From Macrostomum lignano (Eukaryota): DNA of 64,000 nucleotides. Location of the stretch: assembly GCA_002269645.1 (NCBI GenBank), contig NIVC01000061.1, positions 992,001-1,056,000 on the forward strand, given 5' to 3'. Numbering within the stretch: the first letter of the stretch is position 1; each line of letters opens with the position of its first letter. The notes beneath the pieces are model-generated. The model was not told where the DNA came from, made no database searches, and saw nothing but the letters and a program-made list of their open reading frames with translations. Of the stretch, positions 41,701 through 53,200 are shown in pieces. A program made the position numbers and the translations under genes.

Positions 41701-44700
41701 AAGGAGTTTGCCAGGGCTGTAAGCATATTTTATTGTCACTAAGAAGTCTAACACCTTGTGCTCGGCCATTGCGACTAGATTATAAGAAGATAATAGCCAA
41801 CATGAAGAGTCTGCTTCCAGCCACCAGAAGTAGACCAGATTGCAACTGCCAACTGTGCAAAATGGCTTGTATCAATCACCACAAAGGCAACGATCCAAAG
41901 ATGCCTTACACAGCAGGTCTTGCTTGAGCCCCACCTGGTTGACCACTCAAAAGATCCCCAGCACCAGCTGAAGGAGAAATGGCTATGCTTTCCTGCTCAT
42001 ACTGTCATTCTCCAGTTGGGTGTGGCAAATAGCACAAATGCAACTTGATAGCCAAGGTGACTAAAATTGAGCAAACAGTCAGCTCAAGGACAAGGGAGAT
42101 GCTGGCCAGCAACTGCATTGCTGAAAAGACAGCTGGGTCAACGTCGGATTTGAATTCAATCACTCTGGCCAAACATCAAGGTGGCTATCCAATTTGAGTT
42201 GTGCATATTGCTCAAAACAGCAGTATGAGCTTTCCTCCAACAAGGATGGAAACTATGATGCACTTGAAAACAACTCTGAATCTGAGCAACAATCAAGTGC
42301 TACAGGCTGCTCAAGTGCTTCGTGCTGGTGCAAGCTTATCTTGTGCAGTCGAGTCAAACTTGAAGAAAATCTTGGTATAGCAAAATTGATCATTAGAGGA
42401 TTACTTCAACATCCAGAATCTCCTGTTCTTGGAGCTGACCTCTACTGCCGCAACAGCCAACACTATTTGCCACCCGACTGTTGTCTGCAACGACTTGGTC
42501 AAACTCATTGCATATGAGCAATGCAGTTTAAATGACTTTCACTGTTTGCTAGATCTTGATGGTGGCAGCGGATTTTTTAAAGTTTGCATTTCAATAATTG
42601 GCTCTTATGCAAAACTTGAAATCAGAACTCAAGGAGCCACTAGCAGGAAATTCTGTGACACTGGTGTTAAGAAGATCCTGTTGCTTGCAATTGTCAACAA
42701 TGTTCCTGAGACTTACAGAAATATTCAGGCTCTGCTCAAGGCAATCATTTTCAACAAACTTCAAATCCCAGTCACTGCAGATATGAAAGTTGCAAAAATC
42801 ATCTGTGGACTGCAACCTCATTCCTATACACATCCCTGCCCCAATTGCAAAGCTCTGGCTCCTCTTACAGAAAATGGTATACCAAGAACTCTTGGGAGAA
42901 TTTGGCAGTTTGCTTAGTAGTTCCAAGCAGCTGGCCAAGTTTGTACAAAGGCAAAGAACTTTAAAAACTGTGTCAACATCCCACTGCTATCAGGCGATGA
43001 TGACAAAGAAGTTTTGATGCTTCTGCCATCACCTGAGCTGCACCTGCTCCTTGGAGTCAGCAACTGACTGCTAGACAAGCTCAACAAAGCTTGGGGTACA
43101 AATTGTGCATTCGAGTGGGCTCATCAGCATGGCATTATCCAAGCTAATTATAGAGGCAGCATGATGGAAGGTAATGCCTGTTGCCAGCTGCTCTGCAAAT
43201 CATTGCAGCTTCACGCTGATCTGCCTCCACCATTACAGCTGTATGGGGCATGTCTGATGGCATTCAATCAGCTAGTTAGCAGCACCTTTGGAATTAGAAC
43301 TGAATTGGAGGCAGACTTTAAAGAGGCAATTCAGAATTTTTGCCTGGCCTACATGAGCTTAAGCTTGCCTATCACTCCAAAAGTTCGTGTTGTCTTTTGC
43401 CATGTTAGAGAGTTCTGCCGGCAGACAGGGCAAGCGCTTGGAAGCTGTAGCAAGCAAGCAGTAGAGAGTGTTCACTCTGATTTTGCCAAAATGTGGTCAC
43501 GGTACAGCCTGCCAGTGCACCATGCTAAGTTTGGCCTAATCTTTTGCCCACTGTGGTTGCTTACAACAGCCACCATATTTAATCTTGGTAACTGGGTTTT
43601 CTGGTTTAAAAGAAATAGCAGTGGTTGTTAGTCTTACAGTAAAAGTAGTATTTAAAAGACCCTTTAAATTTAAAGTACTAAACTTTTTGCCAGCTCCTAT
43701 ATGATAGAAAGCTTTTATACTTTTGCTACTTTATATGCTAATAGCTTGCAATATTATTGCAGAAATGCATGTAGTTCTGTTTAATATTTGAGGAACTTAT
43801 AGGGCAAAGAATATAGTTATTTCAACATTATTCTATAAAACCCATGCTATTTCTGAGTAATATAAACAATTTGTAATGTTAGAAATAGTAAAATTATTTA
43901 ACTTACAAGCTAGTTAAGAAGTAAAATAAGCAATAATAATACACAATCATTAACCTAAATAAACTTCTTATAATCTTGTACTCTCTTTTAAGTCTGCTAC
44001 TATTTCTAAAAATTTCTGCTTGTCTTATTAATAGGAGCTATGTTTAATTGAACTCATTGTACATAGCAAAGATAGGCAAATAAATTTTAATGAGTGGGCT
44101 TTCTAAACTGCAGAAAAAGAGTACTTTAATGGTATATAGGTACCATCTTGTGGCAATTTTTTCCCCAATATCAGTGTCCAGCCTAACTGTGAAGGGGAAT
44201 TTTCTGGCATATATGTAACCTAGAGTCTAGGTAGGCCTACACTTTTTTTACATATTTTCAATGCTATATTGGAAGCAAGTGCTACATAAATGTCACTCAA
44301 CTATACATTTCAGTCTTAAGTTTTATATAGGCCTATAAATATATACTCAGCAACATTGAAAAGTCGCCACTCTATGCACAAGTAAGCAATTTCTCTTGGA
44401 CTATTCTAAAATAAAAGATACGAGAAAACTGATTAGGGTTGCTTTAATCCATCTAACCCTCGCATACTGCTCCCCCACTTTATTCCTCAACTCAAGTCTG
44501 TCGCAGCGTAGCTAAGTTGCGTCACTTGCAAAGATTGAGAGACTTTATCTGCACTCTCAAAAGTGGCAACCACAGATGGAATCTTCTGTGATAGCGACTT
44601 TTTAATGTTGCTAAGTATATAATCTACTAGTTTACTACAATTTTAATTTTTGAAATTCACAAATTTGTTATACTTTTTGCACACATTATCTATTTTTATT

Positions 44701-46262
44701 AGCATAAATTATAATATAAATTTGCAGCTTAGTTTCTTATAGAATCCATGCCTAATTAAATACTATTGATTATACATGTGCAACAGTTGGCCCAGTTGGC
44801 CAATCTGGCCAACCGATTTGGCAGCCAACCAAGGTAAGTCACAAAAATGCCCACCTGAATAAATACCCAAGTAGTACTAAGTAGATGATAAAGCATTTTA
44901 CCTTAATAAGACAGTCATAGTTACTCCTGCCGTTTACCCAAAGTTGCATTAATTTTGCTTTAGGGTTTCTTTAACATGTAAGTCACATTTTTTGGCCAAA
45001 AACAATGTCACATTTTTGTTGAAACTAAGTTACATGGCTGACCAAATTTTGGAGGTTGCGCATGTATGCTATTGATAGACAAGTTGTTTGCAGATTATTT
45101 ATTGGTAAACAAGCTTATACATATATTTTGGTAGACAAATTGATAGCAGATGAGTTGGCAACAAACAAAGTGACTAGAACCCATTTCTTTTACCCTAATA
45201 CTATTTTATTTATGCTACCAAAATTGTCTTAGGGCTTTTCTCTGTCTATTAAAGTGATCACACTATTGTCAACAAAGTTGTAACAGAGGTTTTTCTACTC
45301 TTACTACTTATATACTTTTCATAAGGTGTCAGTTGCTTCATCTGCCAATAGTTTGGCAGCTAAGCAGAAAAATTTTTTTCTCTTTCTAAAACTATTTGTC
45401 TGTTAGAAAATGAGAATAAGGGTAGGAATGCAAAGTAAGATGGGTAGCTATCTACCATAGTCCAAAAGGTGGCATTTATGCTAGAATTTTCTGGCATATT
45501 TTGCTTTCCCTGACAATCTTGGTGTACACTTGGCATATAGAATTTTCAGGTTCAATGTGAAGTGTACATAGCCAGTGTACAGGAAATAGAAAAGTTCAAA
45601 GCTAATGTAATTGTGTTGTTAAATATCAACCAGCTAAATCTCTTCTCAAAATAATTGGTAACTAAAATAGAAAATATTAACACAATTTTTGAATAAAACA
45701 CAATTAGAACAAAGAATATCTGTTTTTTGCAAATATCAGCCATTTTAAAGTTAATTAGAACTCTTAATTTTCTAAAAATATAAGTTATTTAAAAAAGATG
45801 GCATATAAACAACTTTTTGCTTAGCTTAAAATAAAAAAACATGAATTTTCATTCTGGCATACACCTGCCATGATCCGGACTTTGGGGTACCCAACAATCT
45901 CTTTTTTTGATATTGTTGAAATGTTGCAGAGGTTGGTCTCTTCAAATATGACTATCTACACTAGTTTATAGACATTAGGAAAAATGGTTTAGAGAGTAGG
46001 AGACATGGTATGCAACAAATCCAGATTTGAAACTATGCAGATATCTTGCATCCAAGAATTGTTAAATTATATCATGTAATAGTTTGTTAAATTGATAAAA
46101 CCCATATGTGTTTTAATACTATTAACAAGGATATTGTTAAGCAGCTTCCCACCCCACTCCCCATCCTATCCCACTTCTATCCCCACCCTTATTTCCTAGT
46201 AGACAAATAGTTTTAGAAGAAAAGGGCTTTTTGTCTACTCTAATTTTTTGTTTAATAGATTT

Positions 46263-46321
<59 letters not shown>

Positions 46322-47685
46322 GTATAAATGTATATATTATATATTATATATATGTATAAATCTATATTTATATATATTACATTTATATGTATATATCTAT
46401 ATTTATATAACATTTATATTTATATTATATATATATTATATATATTTATATATATTACATTGGTAATTACAGAAGATAGCAAACTCATTCATCATTGTTG
46501 TTGTTTGTTATTTCAGTGTAGTTGATATAGTGTGTATAGTATTTCCTATAGTATACCTGTATTTCTACACTTTATAAAAAGTAAAGTCTACTCTTTCTTA
46601 GAAAATGAACACTTCAAATTTCTGCTAGCTTTGTTTAACTACTGTGTTTATAAATAATATTTTACAAACAACATTTGTTTTAAATTAAGTTTTGACTGGG
46701 CCTAATTTAAATAGAAAGCCAAAAAAGACAAGTTAAAATAACAGATTTTACAAAAACAAATAAGTTTATGCTATTAGCCTTCTCTAGACCATATTGGTAG
46801 ACATTTGTTACTAGGGTAGATCACATGGTTACTAGGGTTAGATCACAGGTTAGTAGGGGTATATAAAAGTCCCAGTGTTACTCAAAGTAGTTCATATGGT
46901 TATTGAATGTTTTATCCATCAGTTTTGCTTGCTGGCAGTAACAGCAAATTGCTATATGGTTCAATAAAAATCTATGTTGGATCTGTCAGGAGCTGGCCGA
47001 CATCACCAAGTCGGAGGCTCTCCAGCGAGTATTCCGGGATGTGCAAGCCAGCGAGAACAACATCCTGGCTTGGAGCGGCCTCATAGTGCCGGAAAATCCC
47101 CCATACAACAAAGGCGCGTTCCGCATCAACATTGACTTCCCTGTGGAGTATCCGTTCAAGCCGCCAAAGGTTACATTTAAAACAAAGATTTACCATCCCA
47201 ATGTTGACGAGAAAGGCCAGGTGTGCTTGCCAATTATTAATCCAGAGAATTGGAAGCCGGCCACCAAGACAGAGCAGGGTGAGTGAATTAAGAGAATATT
47301 CAGAATTGGGATCTAAGATAATTACAGAATTGGGATCTAAGATAATTACAGAATTGGGATCTAAGATAATTACAGAATTGGGATCTAAGATAATTACAGA
47401 ATTTTTATCACAAATAAGATTGGTTAGAAAACTCAGAACCCTTTTAATACATCAGGTAGGCATCATTCCCCATCAAATCATTAACATCTTATTATTAAAA
47501 TAACGCCATCGCATCGTCAACCCCGCCTAGTTGTGCAAGCCCTGATTGCCATGGTCCACGATCCGGAGCCCGAGAATCCGCTGCGCGGTGACCTCGCCGA
47601 GGAGTTCCTTCGCGACAAGAAAAAATTTATGAAAAATGCCGAAGAATTCACCAGAAAGAATGCCGAGCCAAGGCCTTCGGACTGA
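35702..47685 (+). CDS. UBE2L3: Ubiquitin-conjugating enzyme E2, UBE2L3/UbcH7-like, 3 exons
   Basis: Exon 1 is 35702-35731 ([10 protein letters not shown]|GTAGGC). Exon 2 is 46990-47278 ([67 protein letters not shown]). Exon 3 is 47531-47685 ([42 protein letters not shown]). The HPN motif and catalytic Cys are intact. Confidence 0.93.
36540..37245. repeat. 178-bp tandem repeat x4
   Basis: TCCAAATCAGATGC recurs at 36548, 36726, 36904 and 37082, and the copies are nearly identical. Confidence 0.97.
38715..39390. repeat. CT-rich tract followed by a GA-rich tract
   Basis: Low complexity, inside the expanded MITE. Confidence 0.9.
39505..39940. repeat. About 21-bp minisatellite built on TTGCGACTTACC
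   Basis: Variants of TTTTTGCGACTTACCTAATCC. Confidence 0.92.
40128..40426. mobile_element. CATAC-terminus MITE
   Basis: Same termini, with an 8-bp TSD ATGTTTGG on both sides. Confidence 0.9.
40937..41117. mobile_element. About 180-bp MITE (second family) inserted in the Chapaev left TIR
   Basis: About 55-bp inverted arms (GCGCAACC..GGCC.TTTCTATTGGCAA). It interrupts a sequence that is continuous in the right TIR. The TSD is degenerate (5/8). A second copy is at 63773-63957. Confidence 0.8.
41546..43631 (+). pseudogene. Chapaev-type DDE transposase with stops and frameshifts
   Basis: N-terminal Zn motifs: H-x7-C-x2-C, P-x3-C-x2-C, C.C.LC, C..C...VG.GK.H.C. Core motifs: [63 protein letters not shown]. 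Confidence 0.85.
44771..45068. mobile_element. CATAC-terminus MITE
   Basis: Same family as 40128-40426, with a perfect TSD CTATTGAT. Confidence 0.9.
46262..46455. repeat. (TA)n / AT-rich microsatellite
   Basis: A pure TA run followed by degenerate TA. Confidence 0.95.
47301..47402. repeat. 24-bp repeat x4 in UBE2L3 intron 2
   Basis: Unit CAGAATTGGGATCTAAGATAATTA. Confidence 0.95.
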
Positions 47686-49244
47686 GAGGACATGCTGACA
47701 CTTTACTATATCAGATACTAAGTTTAGTTCTTAAGGCTCATTCTTCGTATATAGATTCAGGCATATGATTTGACCCCGTGTGGGGGTGGTGGTAACCACT
47801 ATCGCACTACTGCTTCTCTCCACTGAAATATGTCTGTGTTGGAGAGGTAGCAGTTTATTACGCATTAAGCTACTTACAGTAGCGTGGCTTGGATTAAACA
47901 TTAGCAAGTCTAAAATTAGATATGCCATCAAACTACTTTCGATTCAGTAGTTAGATATCTTGCTTTAGTCAACCCCTCGGGGCTAATTGATTTTGTTTTT
48001 TTGGGGTGGAGATGTGGTCTTCGACGCACATTCTATTTTATTGATTTTCACGAGCCAGCGAGGGGCTACCAATTTTACTGCGGGGTTGTTTGGGGTGGTG
48101 GGGCTCTAGCTTCTAGAATTCCATTTTATTGCCCATCTTCACGGGCCTGCGAGTTCTAATGGAGTTTACTGCAGGGTTTTGAAGGGTAGTAGGCCCATTC
48201 TACGTAAGCGGGGGTCGTCGTGTGGGTCAAGCTATAGTGTACATTGTCTGTCTTAATGTACATCAATTGCTGCCAAACATACCACGTGATTATCTCTTAT
48301 CAAAAAACACCTGACCTTATCTTGGCTTTAATTATATAAAATCCGAAAGTTGTCAATAATAACACTAGTAACACCCTACTCGTTAGTAATGTTTTTGAAT
48401 TTTAATAATAGAATGCCAAGGTTATCCTACAATTTTTATGACTTGGTCAAAGTAATGATAATATTAGAATAGATAGAAAGCATAATTGTCAACCGGTCTT
48501 TTCTCGTAATAGAAATTTCAAATACGGTCGTAGCAATAAGGCACAATTGTTTACTACTTATTCAGTAGTCAATGTAGCACTTAAACAACCTGGATGTATC
48601 CTTTTTACATATTAGATAAGCATATAATTATTTTGACCATTCTTTGCCTATTATATTCATGGGAAATTTAGAAGTTAATTATATATTATAATAATCCACG
48701 ATTGACTTGAGATTGATCCATTTTTGTATTATCCCAGTTGATAAATATGAGCGTATATCTTGCATAAATAGACTAACTGCCCGATCACACCCGCTTTCTA
48801 TGTTTCTAAATAAACATTTTTTTCGTTATGTTTTCTTATTTTTAAAACGTGACTTTTGCTTTATGTCGTCAGCCTCTTTTCTTATTCACCCTGTCTATTA
48901 TTTACTCTTGTTAATTGCTTACCGTATTTTTGATTATTTAAAGCAGTTTTATTTATTTCAAGGTTCAACCTGTGAAAAGCTGAGGCAAGTCTGCAAAGTC
49001 CAAAGCAGTTGCACTCGCTGACAATGCGTATTCCGGTTCGTAAAAGCCTTCTGGTTCCAACAAATATGAATGTGAATCGTAATAATAAAACCGCAGTGTG
49101 TATTTCAAGGAGAGTGAAATTTTGACTAAAAATTTCTGACTGCTCGTTGAATGCCATAACAATAGTAACATTTTTTTTGTAAAACACCAAATTGACTTTC
49201 AAATTTTTGCGCTCGAACTGATCTTGTTTTTTTGAAGTAAAATG

Positions 49245-49755
49245 CCTCCCCATTTCCCCAGTGCCTCTGTAGGCTGCCACCCCATTTCCCCAGTGTCTCT
49301 GTGAGCTGCCACCCCATTTCCCCTGTGCCTCTGTGAGCTGTCACCCATTTCCCCTGCAACTCTGTGGGCTGCCACCCCATTTCCCCTGTGCCTCTGTGGG
49401 CTGCCACCCCATTTCCCCTGTGCCTCTGTGAGCTGTCACCCATTTCCCCTGCAACTCTGTGGGCTGCCACCCCATTTCCCCTGTGCCTCTGTGAGCTGTC
49501 ACCCATTTCCCCTGCAACTCTGTGGGCTGCCACCCCATTTCCCCTGTGCCTCTGTGGGCTGCCACCCCATTTCCCCTGTGCCTCTGTGAGCTGTCACCCA
49601 TTTCCCCTGCAACTCTGTGGGCTGCCACCCCATTTCCCCTGTGCCTCTGTGAGCTGTCACCCATTTCCCCTGCAACTCTGTAGGCTGCCACCCCATTTCC
49701 CCTGTGCCTCTGTGGGCTGCCACCCCATTTCCTCTGCGCATCTGTAGGCTGCCAC
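49245..49755. repeat. 31/32-bp alternating (63-bp dimer) minisatellite
   Basis: CCCCATTTCCCCTGTGCCTCTGTG alternates with CCCATTTCCCCTGCAACTCTGTG. Confidence 0.95.
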
Positions 49756-50257
49756 TGCCACCCTATTTTCTCTGGTGAAAAAATAGCAATATATAAAAAT
49801 GCGAGCATTGTGTTAGAGTTTAAGAACCAGACAGACAGAGGGGCTCAGGGCTGGAATATATTTATGTCAATAAACTAGCGGGGGGGAGAAGAGTGCAAGA
49901 TAAAACGGAGTTGAGCGAGCGCGACTAACAAAATCAGGCGAGATTGAAGAGCCAATCAGAAGGCAGCGAGGGAGAGAGATAAGAATAACAAGATTGAACC
50001 AGAGAGGAAGAGAAAACAAGTAAACAGAGTGCAGATGAACTTTAGAAATGAGCTTTGTGGGCTGCCACCTCATGTCATGTCTTGTGCATCGGTTGTGAAA
50101 CTGTTCAAGCAAACAGTTTATATATTGCACATAATTTAAGTAAATCATAAAGTTGATCATAAGTTTTTAATTACTGTTGCTACATTTAAGCAGATAATTC
50201 CTTTATCACGCAGTCAGATTGCACGTAAATCTGCATGCAGTCAAAAAGCTCGGCAGC

Positions 50258-53200
50258 TCAGGCTTGCTGCACAGACCTCAGCCAGTCGGCCAGTCTCACA
50301 ACAGCCGAATAAGTTGGCTCGCAGTACTTCGCCGCGAAGTCGTCGGGAAGCGGCGCGCTGTTGTCAGCCTCCTCCAGCTCCAGTTCGCGCACCGCCTGCA
50401 GCGCCGCGGCTCCATCGAATTCGACGAAGCACAAGCGAACGGTGAGCTCGCTTTCCGGCCGGAGAAAGGCCGGGCCGGCCGGCATGAGCGCCACCCCGAT
50501 GTCTGACAGAATTCGCTCGCACATGGCGGCGCCGGTCGGCTCCTTCGACGCGCTGCCAAGAAGCTGACGAAGGCCCTCGCGAGCGACCTTTATTTTTTAT
50601 GTTTGTTTCAATACTTCTGTTAGTTTTCTGTCTACTGGTGACTCGTGAGTAGATGCACAAGTGTAGGAATGGAATTATCCACAGAAATGGCAATTAGAGA
50701 TAGATTTTGCCTACTATGAGTAAAAGACTTGAATATTCCGAGCGTAGCCTTTAATTTACTGCTTATACAAGTCTCAATCTAATGCGCTAGAAGAGCTTGT
50801 GTACTCGACACTAGCCAGTGTTACAGACTCTCCTTTTGCGGGAATTTCGACATTTTTTGGCTTTCTGGGAGATTTTACGTTCCAAATCTTTATTCGTCTA
50901 CTTTTCTCAGTAGTCTTAAACTGAATCGTTCACACCTTTGTGGTATTTACATGTACATGTAATTATCAGCGTCATCTCTGCTTATCACCGGAGATAGTCA
51001 GGAAGGCCATGCAACCTCGCACTCTGGACAAAAGAATACCCCTATGAGAAATTCCCCGCTCCAGATTCTTCTGGGCTTTTCAATATATACATGTACCTTG
51101 CATAGAGTACGGTACGCTTTAGACCGGCCATGGCTAGAGGTGCCTTTAAACTTTTGCTCATAGCAACTAGGAGTTAATTATTAATTATTAATTAACACGA
51201 TTGAGCTTCCCTGGATGTACTTTGTACGCGTGACGGGTGGCGGCTGCCGGCGTACTTAAACATCCTTTGGTGGCTGTACAAACGTATTGGCGTCAAATCC
51301 CGAAAGCCCGTGTATCTTCTATACTCAATTTCCTACAACTTTTTCTTGCTGCTCTATTGTAAGTAGAAAAGTAAGAATCTGCAATTGTTAATTCTGAAAG
51401 GATATTTAAACAAAAAACCAACCTCGAAATCCGGCAGCAGGTAGAAACCGCCTCCGGCAGGCGCCACAACGGCGCCAGCCTCGGTCAGGCGCCGTTCACA
51501 GTGCCTGGCCAGCGCCGCCAAAATTCTGGCGCTCCTATTCGAATGCTTGGCCGTCTCCTCGGGGTTGCCTAGCAACGTCAGAGCCGCGTGTTGCACCGGA
51601 GCGGCGCAGCAGGAATAGGTGTGCGTGGCGGCGCTGGCCACCGCGCGTCTAAACGATTCTAGTGGGCGCGGAAATAGCGCGTACCCGAGGCGCCAACCAC
51701 CAGCGCCGGCCCATTTCGACAGGCCGCTGGTGACGATGCAGCCCTCGGGGTACAGCCGCGCGAGGCTGCGGTGGCTCAGCGAGAAGTTCAGCCTGGCGTA
51801 GATCTCGTCCGAGACTACGATGAACCGTTCGCGACGAAGGAACTCCGCCAGGGCTGCCAGCTCAGAGCTGCGTGGGGTGAAAGGGGATCAGCTGCTGAGG
51901 GTGGGTCACAATCAACACCCACCTATGAGACACCTGTCCTGCAGGGTTGACTCACTCTCTGTACACCTGCCCCGTAGGGTTACCAGAGTGACTCACTCTC
52001 TGTACACCTGCCCCGTAGGGTTACCAGAGTGACTCACTCTCTGTACACCTGCCCCGTAGGGTTACCAGAGTGACTCACTCTCTGTACACCTGCCCCGTAG
52101 GGTTACCAGAGTGACTCACTCTCTGTACACCTGCCCCGTAGGGTTACCAGAGTGACTCACTCTCTGTACACCTGCCCCGTAGGGTTACCAGAGTGACTCA
52201 CTCGCTGTACACCTGTCCCGTAGGGTTACCAGAGTGACTCACTCGCTGTACACCTGCCCCGTAGGGTTACCAGAGTGACTCACTCGCTGTACACCTGCCC
52301 CGTAGGGTTACCAGAGTGACTCACTCGCTGTACACCTGTCCCGTAGGGTTACTAGAGTGACTCACTCGCTTTACAACTGTCACGTAGGGTTACTAGAGTG
52401 ACTCAATCGCTGTACACCTGTCCCGTAGGGTTACTAGAGTGACTCACTCGCTGTACACCTGTCCCGTAGGGTTACCAGAGTGACTCACTCACTCACTCAC
52501 TCGCTGTACACCTGTCCCGTAGGGTTACCAGAGTGACTCACTCACTCACTCACTCGCTGTACACCTGTCCCGTAGGGTTACTAGAGTGACTCACTCGCTG
52601 TACACCTGTCTCGTAGGGTTACCAGAGTGACTCACTCACTCACTCGCTGTACACCTGTCCCGTAGGGTTACTAGAGTGACTCACTCGCTGTACACCTGTC
52701 CCGTAGGGTTACTAGAGTGACTCACTCGCTGTACAACTGTCCCGTAGGGTTACTAGAGTGACTCACTCGCTGTACAACTGTCCCGTAGGGTTACTAGAGT
52801 GACTCACTCGCTGTACAACTGTCCCGTAGGGTTACTAGAGTGACTCACTCGCTGTACACCTGTCCCGTAGGGTTACCAGAGTGACTCACTCACTCACTCG
52901 CTGTACACCTGTCCCGTAGGGTTACCAGAGTGACTCACTCACTCACTCGCTGTACACCTGTCCCGTAGGGTTATACCAAAGTGACTCACTCGCTGTACAC
53001 CTGTCCCGTAGGGTTACCAGAGTGACTCACTCACTCACTCGCTGTACACCTGTCTTGTAGGGTTATACCAAAGTGACTCACTCGCTGTACACCTGTCCCG
53101 TAGGGTTATCCGGGTTGGCCAGGACCAACAACCGGCAGGGGTCGCCAGTCAAATTGGCGCCAATAATTTCCGGTGTTATTTTCCAACTGTCCGCGGCGGA

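Larger units (their letters stand above)
37854..44191 (+). mobile_element. Chapaev-like (CMC group) DNA transposon, inactive, carrying nested insertions
   Basis: Termini are CACAGTTAGGCT...AGCCTAACTGTG with a 4-bp TSD AAGG (37850-37853, 44192-44195). TIRs of about 130 bp can be rebuilt after removing two insertions. A broken transposase is at 41546-43631. Confidence 0.88.

Noticed and set aside
49126-49808. Repetitive ORFs on both strands
   Set aside because: Products of the 63-bp dimer repeat.
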